The notes below the pieces were generated by a model. That model worked only from the letters and a program-made list of their open reading frames with translations, searched no databases and was not told the origin of the DNA. This document shows, piece by piece, positions 10,701-23,092 of a stretch of 28,973 nucleotides of DNA. Made by a program: the position numbers and the translations under genes. The DNA is from Octopus sinensis (Eukaryota): contig NW_021833507.1 in NCBI RefSeq assembly GCF_006345805.1, forward strand, positions 1-28,973, read 5' to 3'. The number at the start of each line of letters is the position of its first letter. Position 1 is the first letter of the stretch.

Positions 10701-11682
10701 ACCATTTATGATGATAAAAGAAATATTACGACAACGAGTGAGCAGCCTTATGGGATTATCCATGCTTTTACCATTCTGAGTGGCAACCCTAATCTGGGCA
10801 TTAAACTATAACAAGATCACTTGGTCCTTGGGTGATTTTTGTGGCGTTCATTATGTTACAAGATTTAGAGAAAATCTCTGGTTTGAGATTAAATTCGACC
10901 TCTAGTTTCTACCTTATAGAAAAGCCAATTTACTCGCAAGTCTTGAAGAAAAAATAAATAAAAGAAAATACTTCTTATCTTATTGTATTTTCGAAAAAAG
11001 TTACAGGTAGTTATATTCATCCCCGATTATGCTAATTAAAAGTAACAAAACAATTAAAAGAAAATAAAGTGAAATCAGGTGCACATAATGAACGAAAACC
11101 GAGGAATACTAATAAACAGTAACAAGGGGCTTTAAATAAATAGAAACAAGGCGAGTACTTAATTTATTTGCGAATCAAATATGTTGAATATGGAGGGTGA
11201 CAGTAAAACTGCAGAAAGAGAAGAAAGGAAAAATAGTTGAGTGCGTTATGGTTTAATATATGTAAAGAGGTCAGACGGCACAGTCCAACACAGTCAGCCA
11301 TTGTAAGTACAAATGACCAATTATGCTATATTTAAGAACAATTCATTCATTTATTCTATGCTATTTTAGTAACGAAGCATATGTTGTTGTTATTGCTGTT
11401 GTTGCTAATGTATTTTTGTTGTCATTCTCATTGTTAATTTTCTTTTCTTTTTTTTTGTAATTATGTCAGTTACATTGTTGTCTGATGATGTCCAATTGGA
11501 AGACTACATAACGTAATGGAGACATTTGAAAGAAGATTCTTTCGCTGGTTCATGGATCTTGCGGTAAAAGTACAAAAAAATTAAGTTAATGTCGATTGAA
11601 GTCAAAGGACATGAGAGCTATAAGAATGAAAATTATCCATCACAGAGTGATGTATACGTATATGTACGCATGTGTGTGTGTG

Positions 11683-11730
<48 letters not shown>

Positions 11731-11746
11731 ATGTGTGTATACATAC

Positions 11747-12145
11747 ATTCTTTTCTACTGTAGAAACAAGGCCCGAAATTTTGTGGGAGGGGGCCAGTCG
11801 ATTAGATCGACCTCAATACGTAACTAGTACTTAATTTATCAATACCGAAAGGATGAAAGGCAAAGTCGACCTCGCCGGAATTTTAACTCAGAACATAGCG
11901 GCAGACGAAATACCTATTTTTTTTTACTACCCACAAGGGGCTAAACACAGAGAGGACAAACAAAGACAAACGGATTAAGTCGATTATATCGACCCCAGTG
12001 TGTAACTGGTACTTAATTTAACGACACCGAAAGGATGAAAGGCAAAGTCGACCTCGGCGGAATTTGAACTCACAACGTAGCGGCAGACGAAATACGGCTA
12101 CGCATTTCGCCCGGCGTGCTAACGTTTCTGCCAGCTGGCCGCCTT
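11747..12145 (-). mobile_element. SINE family B, dimeric copy
   Basis: tRNA-like head ggcggccagctggcagaaacgttagc..gagttcaaattcc. The central module gtcgactttgcctttcatcctttcgg..aattaagtac is present twice (about 11800-11915 and 11978-12095). Confidence 0.92.
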
Positions 12146-12279
12146 ACACATATATCATATTGATAATATTAAGTTGAAGGGTTCCCCATCGAAAAATTTG
12201 AATATTTTTAAAGTGGACCTTGAAGTGAATCTTGAAGGCCCCGTGAACTGAATATTAATGGCCTGTTATTATATATATA

Positions 12280-12321
<42 letters not shown>

Positions 12322-12519
12322 CACATATATATGAAAGTATATGTGTATGGATATATGTTTGTATGTAAATAAGTATATGTTCATATATACATCTATCACC
12401 ATTTATATATATTCTATTATTCTGTTATTCTTTTACGAATTTCAACCCTGTATACATACATACATATATACATACATATATACATGCATACATACATACA
12501 TATACACGCATACATATAG

Positions 12520-12600
12520 CCGTCTTGCTTGCCATTCCTCAGTCAAACCATCCAACCTGTGCCAGCATGGAAAACGGACGTTAAACGATGATGATGATGA

Positions 12601-12601
<1 letters not shown>
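12520..12601 (+). mobile_element. Probable RTE-type 3' terminal fragment with (GAT)n tail
   Basis: gtcaaaccatccaacctgtgccagcatggaaaacggacgttaaac followed by gatgatgatgat; recognised from memory as an RTE-type 3' end, not verified. Confidence 0.55.
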
Positions 12602-12660
<59 letters not shown>

Positions 12661-12741
12661 CGTCTATCTATTTATCTATCTATCTATCTATGTATCTATG
12701 TATCTATCTATCTATCTTCTATCTATATATCTATCTATCTA

Positions 12742-12775
<34 letters not shown>

Positions 12776-12799
12776 GTTATCTCTCTATCTCTCTATCTA

Positions 12800-12852
<53 letters not shown>
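12601..12852. repeat. (TATC)n then (TA)n microsatellite
   Basis: Direct reading. Confidence 0.92.
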
Positions 12853-12859
<7 letters not shown>

Positions 12860-12893
12860 CAGAGAAAGAGAGAGAGGGGGTGCAATGGTAAAC

Positions 12894-12943
12894 TATAGAG
12901 GAGCGAGAGGAAATGGAATTTTAAATTTCCGTTGAGGCTGCAG
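12894..12943 (+). repeat. 50-bp dispersed direct repeat, copy 2
   Basis: tatagaggagcgagaggaaatggaattttaaatttccgttgaggctgcag; differs from 3239-3288 only at 12917 (a versus g at 3262). Confidence 0.95.
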
Positions 12944-13476
12944 CTTTTTCATAATTTACTCCAGGTCACATCATTAAGTGTTGCAGCGATATGTGTGTGT
13001 GCGCGTGTTTGTGTGTGCATTGGTATATTTATATATATATATATACAATGTTTTCGCATACGCACACCAGGTGTCTATATGTAGCATGCACATATACGTA
13101 TTAAACAATACAACTGTAGTTGTAGAGGAAAGTGAAAACTGATCTCCAAGAAGAAAGCCGGACACACGGCCTATTTCTTTGCCTTACACATCACGTGCTT
13201 CTCTTCTGTCATTCTCTCTTTTTTCCTTTTTTCTTTTTTTTTTTTGCTTATTGCACTCTCCACAATGGAAACATTACTCCTAGTATATCCCGGATCTTCA
13301 GTGGCATCGTGCTATTAAATGTCGTCTAAATTTATTTACCTTGTGACCTGATAGCCGGGTTGTTGGCTGGATTTCTTAACACGGTTTCGTTAGATTCTAT
13401 GAATCCAATCCCTTTCCATCATATATATATATGAATGTGTGTGTCTGTGTGTAGGTGTGTGGTGTCTGTATAGAAC

Positions 13477-13480
<4 letters not shown>

Positions 13481-13538
<58 letters not shown>

Positions 13539-13564
13539 GAGAGAGAGAGACAGACAGACAGAGA
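13481..13564. repeat. (GA)n microsatellite
   Basis: Direct reading. Confidence 0.95.
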
Positions 13565-13800
13565 ATGGGTCAGAAAGTAAAAGGCGCATCAACCGCTACG
13601 TACAAACAGAAATGAGCAAACGGAACACATTTCATTAAATTGTTTTACCATTATTCGAAACTGCGGCACAAATATGCCTCCTAAACTGCTCTGTCACATT
13701 ATATAATGTATGTACTGTTATTATGCACACACACATACACATACATGCGTATACACATGCAGGATTACAAATAAACACTAACAGTCGTTATCTATATATA

Positions 13801-14188
13801 GAATAGAAGCACTCCGTCGGTTACGACGACGAGGGTTCCGGTTGATCCGAATCAACGGAACAGCCTGCTCGTGAAATTAACGCGTAAGTGGCTGAGCACT
13901 CCACAGACACGTGTACCCTTAACGTAGTTCTCGGGGATATTCAGCGTGACACAGAGAGTGACAAGGCCGGCCCTTTGAAATACAGGTACAACAGAAACAG
14001 GAAGTAAGAGTGAGAGAAAGTTGTGGTGAAAGAGTACAGCAGGGATCACCACCATCCCCTGCCAGAGCCTCGTGGAGCTTTAGGTGTTTTGGCTCAATAA
14101 ACACTCACAACGCCCGGTCTGGGAATCGAAACCGCGATCCTATGACCGCGAGTCCGCTGCCCTAACCACTGGGCCATTGCGCCTCCAC
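13801..14188 (-). mobile_element. SINE family C, full length, tRNA-derived, 12-bp TSD
   Basis: Minus-strand head gtggaggcgcaatggcccagtggttagggcagcgg..ggtttcgattcccagacc with intact A/B boxes. Direct repeat tatctatatata at 13789-13800 and 14189-14200. Confidence 0.92.
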
Positions 14189-14522
14189 TATCTATATATA
14201 CTCATACATACAAACACACACGACCATTCAAGCACAAATACGGTTTCATAGACACACACAAACATAAAGTCATACACTAAACACCGACACACAATTACGT
14301 AACACGGATATAGATACACACATGGATACGTAGCTCCCGCACAAACATGTTGAAACACGTACATACAAACATTGCCACAGATACACGCATGCGTACATCA
14401 ACGCACATCCACCAACACATAACGTTAAGAACACACACAAAACCTCGTCTTACACAAATCAGAGCAACATGTAGACATATACATTTACAGACATACATGA
14501 CGCTTTAGACAAGCAACTCTTT

Positions 14523-14561
14523 TACATAAATACATATATATGTGTATATATACATATATGG

Positions 14562-14614
<53 letters not shown>

Positions 14615-14724
14615 GTATGTGTATGTATATATATATATATGTGTGTTGTATATACATATATGTGTATGTATATATATACATATATATATAATATATATAA
14701 TATATATTATATATATATATATAT
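14523..14724. repeat. (TA)n-rich compound microsatellite
   Basis: Direct reading. Confidence 0.9.
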
Positions 14725-15468
14725 AAAAAACATATGTATGTAGACATAGAATTAATCCCAGATACGCACTTCGAAACATGTAGACATCCGTTACGCAAAT
14801 ACACACTCATACATACACGTACACACACACACACACACAAGGACGCGTGCACCACTGTACAGCTTAACACATACACACACATCTGCAGACACAGAAACGA
14901 AAATAACAATAACAACTAGTGGAAAGTGCATTAAAAGTTTTCCATTACTTTCAACCAATCAGCAAACACTTTAGAAAAAAAAAGAAAGAAAGAAAATAAA
15001 CAAATAAAGACAATATAAAAGCACAAACAGGAAATACTTGGTGAATATCACAAATACTACATCCGCCATTTTATACGAGTGGATATCCTGAAGATGGCAA
15101 CGTCGTGTGATCTTTAAAGACGGACACAATTGACGCGATAAAGCTAATAGAAAAGCGTTCCATAACAACAAAGGGACAAGACAAAATAGGAAAATACGAT
15201 GAGTTGTGGCAGTGTGTGTGCTCGTGTGTGTATAAATAAATAAATAAATAAATAAATACAAACATAAATACTGACGTTTATATATTTACAAGTGCACGAA
15301 TATATGTAAATATGTGTGCGTGTGTGTGCATGTATGTATATGTGAGCAAATATACGCATTTATGAATACATAATTGTTGTGCGTATATATATATATACGT
15401 ATATATATATATATATATATTGTGCGTATTTATATACGTATATGGATATATAAATTTATTATATATCC

Positions 15469-15504
<36 letters not shown>

Positions 15505-15505
15505 A

Positions 15506-15878
15506 GGTGCATGCGTGGCTGTGTGGTAAGAAGCTTACTTCCCAACCACATAGTTCCGGGTTCGCCCCACTGTTTGGTACCTTGGGCAAGTGTCTTCTAC
15601 TATGGCCTCGGGCCGACCAACCCCTTTTGAGTGGATTTGGTAGACGGAAACTAAAAGAAGCCCGTCGTATATGTATACATGTATATATTAGTGTGTCTGT
15701 GTTTGTCCCCTCACCATCGCTTGACAACCGATGTCGGTGTGTTTACGTCCCCGTAAATTAGTAGTTCGGCAAAAAGATAGAATAAGTACTAGGCTTACAA
15801 CAAAGCCCTGGGGTCGATTTGTTCGACTAAAGGCGCTGCTCCAGCATGGCCACAGTCAAATGACTGAAACAATAAAAG
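15506..15878 (+). mobile_element. SINE family A, near full length
   Basis: Parallels 18522-18937 from head to gactgaaac tail. Confidence 0.92.
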
Positions 15879-15883
15879 TGCAA

Positions 15884-16190
15884 ATTTGCTTCCCAACAAC
15901 GTAGTTCCGGGTTCAGTCCCACTGCGTGACACCTTGGGCAGGTGTCTTCCTCGAGCTGACCAAAGCTTTGTGAGTGGATTTGGTAAACGGAAACTGAAAG
16001 AAGCGTGTTGCATATGTATATATATATGAGTGTGTATGTAGGTGGTTTCTTTCTCAACACCCCGTAATAACCAATGTTGGATTTTATACGTTCCCGTAAC
16101 TTCAGGGTTCGTTAAAAGTGACTGACAGACAAAATACCAAGCTTAAAAAAGGGGGTAGTCGTGGGGTCGATTCATGAAGACTGAAACAAG
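15884..16190 (+). mobile_element. SINE family A, second tandem copy, 5'-clipped and more diverged at 3' end
   Basis: ttgcttcccaac..ccgggttcagtcccactgcgtg.caccttgggca..gtgagtggatttggta.acggaaactgaaagaagc..ggggtcgatt..gactgaaacaag. Confidence 0.85.
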
Positions 16191-16647
16191 GGAATGATAT
16201 ATTCATATATACACCTGTCAATTCATTTCGAGCATGTTTGTATATAGTTATGCACGCACACACGCACGCATGCACACACACACACACTCATACACATACA
16301 CGCACACACACATACATACATACACGCATACACACACACATAGACACACTCACAAGCACACACACACGCACGCAAACGCTGTCACATACACGCACACACA
16401 CGTGCACAGGGTAAGAGATTTAAACCTGTTTTTGTGTGAAGTCATGTTGCTGTTTTTTTTTTACCCATATCATAAGGTACTGAGTTCAATTCTTGTGCGG
16501 GCGGTACGTTGTGTTCTGGAGCAGTGCACTTCACTCTGCACGGCTGCATGTACTTAGCTGAAATGAATGGCTGCTGGCTGCTGCATACAAGATCAGGAAT
16601 CTTCAAACTAATGCGACTGTTCCAACAAATGCTACAAGTAACATTTT

Positions 16648-16797
16648 CGCGCTAAGAAGCTCGCTTGGCAGGCATGTAGTTCCGAGTTCAGTCCCATTGA
16701 ACGGCACCTTGCGCAAGCGTCTTCTGACTATAGCGTCGAACCAACCAGTGCTTTGTGAATGGATTTCGTGGACGAAAACCGAAAGAAACCGTTCGTG
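16648..16797 (+). mobile_element. SINE family A, diverged 5' half
   Basis: taagaagctcgctt..gttccgagttcagtccca..ggcaccttg.gcaag.gtcttct..tttgtgaatggattt.gt.gacgaaaac.gaaagaa. Confidence 0.75.
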
Positions 16798-17699
16798 TGG
16801 GTAGGGGAGGCGTGTGTATGTGTGAATATATGTGTGTACGCATGCGTGCATTTGCAAATGTTGATATATTTTCAGATAAATTTTCAATAGATGAAAAATC
16901 GATTTGAAATTGAAGTTCTATTCTAAATGTTGTCTGAGAGGAGAACTACATGTCTGAGTGTGCGTGATAGAGAGAGAGAGAGAGAGAGAGAAAGAAAGTG
17001 ATAGAGAGAGAAAGGGGGGAGAGGGAGAGAGAGGGAGACTCATGTGTATGATTGAAGGAAGATGGAAAATGAATTAAAGAATGAAAATTGTAATTACAAC
17101 AGAAAGAGGGAAATAAATTTAATTTTGTATTTTTTTTCCTATCAAATTCACCAATTGGTATTCTAATTCCACACCTAAGATTGTCTTCTAAAATAATTGA
17201 CCAACAAATACGAAATATCGATTATTATTATTATTTTTGTTATTTTTGTTGTTGTTGTTGTTATTGGCATTGCTTTGAAAAGACGTGATTTGACACGCTC
17301 ATTGAATTTTTACATTTTTTTTTATTTACTGGAGTACTTTGGTAAAATGGATGTTCTCTCTGTGTTGTTTGTTCACATACAAAAAGAGGAAGTGAGAAGT
17401 GCTGGTTGTTTTTTCCCACCCGTTTGAAGAAAGGGGGGGGGACCCAACAACGCTGTTTACTGTAACTTTGATATACTTGTCCGAGTGCCATTTATATTTC
17501 CTGGTTTATCATTAACATGGCGTCTTTTGTGGTAGTAATCGAGGCGACTCCAAATATGGCGACTGGCACCACTTTCACCTCACCGCACCGGTTTTATAAA
17601 AAAAGAAACAGGCTTTGAACAATATAAAATCTCGACTAACAATCAAGCAATGATACGAACAGCTTTAACATGAACAAGCTACAAGATGTATAAAATAAT

Positions 17700-17922
17700 T
17701 CTTGCTAATTTAGGCACAAGACCAGTAACTTTAGGGCGAGTGCTTAAATCGATTATATCGCCCTCATTTATTTGAGTGGTACTTTATTTTGTCGATTCTG
17801 AAAGGATGGAAGGCAAAGCTGATCTTGATGGCATGTGAGCTCAGAACATAAAGAATATACAGAAAGCTGCTGGGCGTTTTCTTTTGTCTGACGCGTTAAC
17901 AGTTTTACTAGTTCGCTGTCTT
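17700..17922 (-). mobile_element. SINE family B, old monomeric copy
   Basis: ggcacaagaccag..tcgattatatcg..tggtactt.attt..gaaaggatg.aaggcaaag..ctcagaac similar to 11760-12140. Confidence 0.7.
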
Positions 17923-18214
17923 AATAAAATGCACTTTGACCTCTGTCCTATGACTTCAAATGCCGGACAACACTAGCTTCTGTACAAACGATGATAACGA
18001 TGACAACAATAACAATAGCTATAACAATGGCAGTAGTGCTAGCAACGAAGATATAACGCAAGATGACCGCTGCCAATAACAACCTCTTTCATCAGTGTCA
18101 CCAAGTTTGCGATCTTTTTCTTCTGTCAGGAACAGTAAGACAATGGTCAAGACTTGTCCCTGGAGGGTGTGTCTATGTATTCAAGTAAGAATTGAAGAGA
18201 GGACAAGACAGACA

Positions 18215-18427
18215 CTCTTTCTCTTTTACTGGTTTCAGTCATTTGACTGCGGCCATGCTGGAGCACTGCCTTTAGTCGAGCAAATCGTCCCTAGGACTTA
18301 CTCTTTGCAGCCTAGTACTTATTCTATCGGTCTCTTTTGCCGAACTGCCCACGGTGCAACGGAGTAGGGACTGAACCCGGAACCATGTTCTTGATAAGCA
18401 AGCTACTTACCACACAGCCACTCCTAC
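18215..18427 (-). mobile_element. SINE family A, internally deleted copy
   Basis: 3' tail part (18215-18348) joined directly to the tRNA head part (18346-18427); the central ~200 bp including the microsatellite is missing. Confidence 0.88.
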
Positions 18428-18521
18428 TCATACATACATGCATATATATGTACAACAATCCTTACAACACACACACACACACACATATATGTATGCATTT
18501 ATGTACATATATATATCTATA

Positions 18522-18937
18522 GGCGTAGGAGTGGCTGTGTGGTAAGTAGCTTGCTTACCAACCACATGGTTCCGGGTTCAGTCACATTGCGTGGGACCTC
18601 GGGCAAGTGTCTTCTACTATAGCCTCGGGCCTTCCAAAGCCTTGAGTGGATTTGGTAGACGGAAACTGAAAGAAGCCCGTCGTATATATGTATATATATG
18701 TGTGTGTGTGTGTCTATGTTTGTTTGTCTGTGTTTGTCCCCCCCCCCCAACATCACTTGACAACCGATGCTGGTGTGTTTACATCCCCGTAACTTAGCGG
18801 TTCGGCAAAAGAGAACCATAGAATAAGTACTAGGCTTACAAAGAATAAGTCCTGGGGTCGATTTGTTCGACTAAAAAGGTGGTGCTCCAGCATGGCCACA
18901 GTCAAATGACTGAAACAAGTAAAAGAGTAAAAGAGTA
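18522..18937 (+). mobile_element. SINE family A, full length, well preserved
   Basis: Complete head, CORE-like block, internal (TA)(TG) tract, 3' half and (gtaaaaga)2 tail. Confidence 0.94.
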
Positions 18938-19042
18938 TATGCACATGGGGAGAGAAAGACGAGAGGGAGAGAGACTGACTTTACGCATACACATAATGCT
19001 TGCATACCTATGCTTTTTTTTCCTCACTGCACTTCACCATCC

Positions 19043-19216
19043 CCACCAACACAACCACCACCACTACCACTACCACCAATACCACCACCACCACCACCAC
19101 CACTAACAACAGCAACATCACCGCCGTCACGACCAGCATTTTCACCATTATCCCTACTCGCGTATACATTCACTATCTTCACTACACCTTCCATGAGCAT
19201 CACCATGACAACGAAT

Positions 19217-19257
<41 letters not shown>

Positions 19258-19270
19258 TTATTACTACTAC
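19043..19270. repeat. (CAC)n and (TAC)n trinucleotide arrays
   Basis: Direct reading. Confidence 0.85.
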
Positions 19271-19802
19271 AGTGTATGCTTGTTTCGTGGATTTTCCTCC
19301 AAAAATCCCATCTCATTTCGATAATGAAATTTCGCCACGATATGATGTGGATTAAACAATTTCAAGATGGTGGACAATCCTCTTAAGTTGAGATGACGTT
19401 AGATGAGAGAGGGGTGAGAAAGAAAGAGAGAGAGAGAGAGAGAGAAATCTATGGGATACATGCGCACGCATAGACGTACACACTAACATACACATATACA
19501 AGACGCACACATACACACGCATACATAAAACGATGTGGTTATCTTGTGGATATTAAAAAGAAATGAGCTTGTTTTGCATGCAGAGAAGACAAGCTGTACA
19601 AGATTATTTTTGTCCAAAATGACATATAAGGAACGGGTTGCATTACTAATATAATATCATAAGAAATAAAGGCCTCGTTTGAATACTGTCAGCGTACAGT
19701 GATGATGTGTCATGAGATTTGAAAATCCATCTTGTTTTTATTTATTTTTTTAAGGCCGGAGGTACTGCAATGTCTATGACCCCTTAAGAGATCTCTTTCG
19801 AT

Positions 19803-20041
19803 TAGTGGTTCTCAACTACTTTTTAACTGCAGACCCCTTTAATTCCTGTTTTTCCTCGGTTAGACTCTCGCAGTCATTCGATGTTTAAAAAAATCCTGTT
19901 ATGGTTTTATATTAAATACTAGAGCCTGTATTTTAAAAAATTGCTAAAATATTTTGTGGATAGTAAAAGTATAACTAATTTTAACGACAAAATCTTATAT
20001 GAATTCCCGAAGGACTTATGGACCCCTGCTGAGAACCATTG
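19803..20041. mobile_element. hAT/Charlie-like MITE
   Basis: Imperfect 14-bp TIRs tagtggttctcaac (19803-19816) and gctgagaaccattg (20028-20041), 11/14 matching and close to the CAGTGGTTCTCAA terminus of hAT-Charlie elements. AT-rich interior; no 8-bp TSD retained. Confidence 0.7.
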
Positions 20042-20268
20042 CCCAAGAGTCTTGGGATGGAGGGAGAGAAGAAGCTATTCGCAAACTGGAGGGCTGATTC
20101 GGTTGCTTGTAGGAGAGTGGACCCTGCTCAAAGTGTCCCAAAGATTAGAGGGTGCTAAACGGTGCGACAGCTGTTGTTCTTTAGCCCCAGTTCAGTTTGA
20201 ATGGGTAGATCTATGATCGAAGGACTTCCAACCATGACTATCAACTATTTATTTATTTATTTTGGAAT

Positions 20269-20650
20269 AGACATAGGAGTAGCTGTGTGGTAAGAAGTTT
20301 GCTTCCCAACCAAATAGTTCCGTTTACAGCCCTACAGCGTGGCACCTGGGGCAAGTGGCTTCTACTACAGCTTCGGGTCGAACAAGGCCTTGTGAGTGGA
20401 TTCGGTAGATGGAAACCGAATTTAATGCCTGTGCGTGTGTGTGTGTGCGAGCGCTTGTTGGAGCGTCCTACAACTGCATGACAACCGGTGCTCGTATGTT
20501 TACGTCCCAATAACCTAGTGATTCAACAAAAGGGCCGACTGAAAAAGTATCCGGTTAAAAAAGAAGTACTGAAATCGATTCGTTCGACTAAAGTTTCTCA
20601 AGATGGTGCTCCAGTATGGCCACTGCCTAATGACTGAATCAAGTAAAAGA
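20269..20650 (+). mobile_element. SINE family A, diverged full-length copy
   Basis: Colinear with 18522-18937 with many substitutions. Confidence 0.85.
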
Positions 20651-20720
20651 TACAAGTGTATCAAAGATTGCATTATCCAAAGTGTCCACACAAGACCATG
20701 GGGACATTTTCGGGATAAAG

Positions 20721-20858
20721 GTGGCCAAAGCACAGAATCGTAAAAGCGTAGGAGTAAAATGCCTTACGTTGTTTGTTCCGGCTCTTAGCGATATAATTTT
20801 AGGTCCAGCCGAGGTCATGTTTGCCTTTCATATTTTCGAGATCGACAAATAAAGTAAC
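20721..20858 (+). mobile_element. SINE family B, old fragment
   Basis: cagaatcgt..aaaatgcctt..gccgaggtc..tttgcctttcat..tttcgagatcgacaaataaagta. Confidence 0.6.
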
Positions 20859-22270
20859 AAACCACCGTTCATGCAGCCTTCTCTCACATAACCATTACCC
20901 AGGATCAACAATGGAAGGATCGAGAAGATGCCTGTGTTTGCTCACGACAAGATAGGCATTTAAAACGATAACCGAAACCATGGCTCTTGCTGATGCTACA
21001 AAATCACCTTCGATAGCGAGTGATTCCTCTAGCATGGCTACATTGCCCAGTGACTCTTTTTCCTTACTTTAAGAAGAACATACAATGCGGTTTGAGGGAC
21101 AAACGACTAAACCTAACTATTTCAAGAAGGTTGAGCAACCACGTAGAATTATGCTTCTGAGGACTAATATGTTTATGCCAGACTATTTGCTTCCTTCCCT
21201 CCTCAAAACAAGCAACCTTACATTTATTTTGGCGGGCTAATCTCTTTCCTTAGTAAGCATTAATGAACTGTTTATAAATATACTCCTTTTTTTCATCCCT
21301 TTCTGATATGCATTTTCGGGTTGTTAGGCATTTCTGAAATTCTTAAAAGCTTCTTAAATAAACCGATATTGACATAATGATGTTAGCAACTGTCATATGG
21401 GCAATGAAGTGTATGCACATTTGCTTAAATGTTTATTGTTTATTTCCAAACGCTTGGAATTTTTCCTCTTTTGGGGGGGGGGGGGTTATGCTGTTATACG
21501 ATAGGTTTTTCTATACGATTTTATCAAATGTAACAATGGCAAAAAATAAAACCATAACAACCAACACTAAATATATATTTCAGTAGTTACATTTCAACAC
21601 ACCAAACAGGAAATGCGTATTCAAACATTCTTATGCACGCTTGTGTTTTGCACGCACGCACGCACGCACGCACACACACACCACACAAAGACACGATCAT
21701 ATATATATTTCCTACTTAATTTTCCTATTATGGTACAGAATATCATTATCATCGTTATAATTATTAACATAATGATCGTTATCATTGCCATCGCCGAAGT
21801 ACCCTTTCCTCTCACCTCGACCAGCGTCATCAGCATAGCCACTTACCCTGTTACTATATGAAAGGGCTTAAGTCTGAAAGAACATGTAGCTGTGCGTGTG
21901 TGTGTGTGTATATGTGGGAGAGAGATTGAGTTTGTGTGCGTGTGAGTATGCGAGTGTATATACGTGTGTATATAAGTACAAACAGGTACTCACATGCGAA
22001 TATACGTATGTATTTATTTACATGTACATATATGCGACAATAAATGCGTTTGTATACGTGCGCACACACACACACACACACACAACACAACCACAACACA
22101 TAACATATATATATATATATATATATTATTATATATTGTATATAAAAACATACTGGGAGAAAGGAAAGAAACGTGCTTAATATATATATATAATATATAT
22201 ATATATAAATGTGAGATAGGCATATATTTCATACACACAAACACACACACACACACACACACACACCACA

Positions 22271-22303
<33 letters not shown>

Positions 22304-22739
22304 ATTAAAATATATACATGCATGTATATAATTATGAATGTATACATATATATTTATAGACATGCACACATATATAAACTTCTCAATATCATAAGATAAA
22401 TTGTATATATGACAAGAGATTTCAATTTAAAATGTGTTCATTGCAAACACTATAAAAAAATATCAGATATAGAGGAGAAAAAAATGTTGAATTTTTTCCG
22501 AAGTCTCAAATATAGAATATTTGATATTTTTTCATTTCTTTGAAAATCTCAAAAGTCATGTTTTCATTATTGTATGGGTTTTATCGCACAATTCTTTTCG
22601 CTTTAAATATAACGCATATATATATATATATATATATATTTTGTGTGTGTGTGTGTGAACACGTAGGTACTCACACACACATACATGGATACACGGCACC
22701 CATATGTATGCAGACACACATGCACAATCATACATACAT

Positions 22740-22779
<40 letters not shown>

Positions 22780-22894
22780 GCATACACGTACAAATATATT
22801 ATGATTACGTGTGTATATGTATATATGCATGTATATTTATGTATATAAAAATTTATATAAGTACTATAAATTAAAAAAATAAACACATATACAT

Positions 22895-23030
22895 TATATA
22901 ATAATAATAATGATAATAATAATAATAATAATAATAATGATAATGTATATGATATATATGATATATATGATATATATGACTATAACATGAATATATATCA
23001 TGTGATATAATACAAGTAATAATAATAATG

Positions 23031-23071
<41 letters not shown>

Positions 23072-23092
23072 GTTATTATTATTATTATTATA
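22895..23092. repeat. (AAT)n array switching to (ATT)n
   Basis: Direct reading; orientation flips at aatatt 23051-23056. Confidence 0.9.

Noticed and set aside
11482-11545. Hammerhead ribozyme starting ctgatga
   Set aside because: No stem II closing directly onto GAAA and no convincing stems I and III.
14115-14188. tRNA gene
   Set aside because: tRNA-like A/B boxes continue into a SINE body bounded by a TSD; the same holds for 3315-3388 and the A and B heads.
17392-17419. Paired CSL/Su(H) site (gtgagaa..ttcccac)
   Set aside because: Spacer is 14 nt rather than the 15-17 nt of functional paired sites, and the flanking bases are non-consensus.
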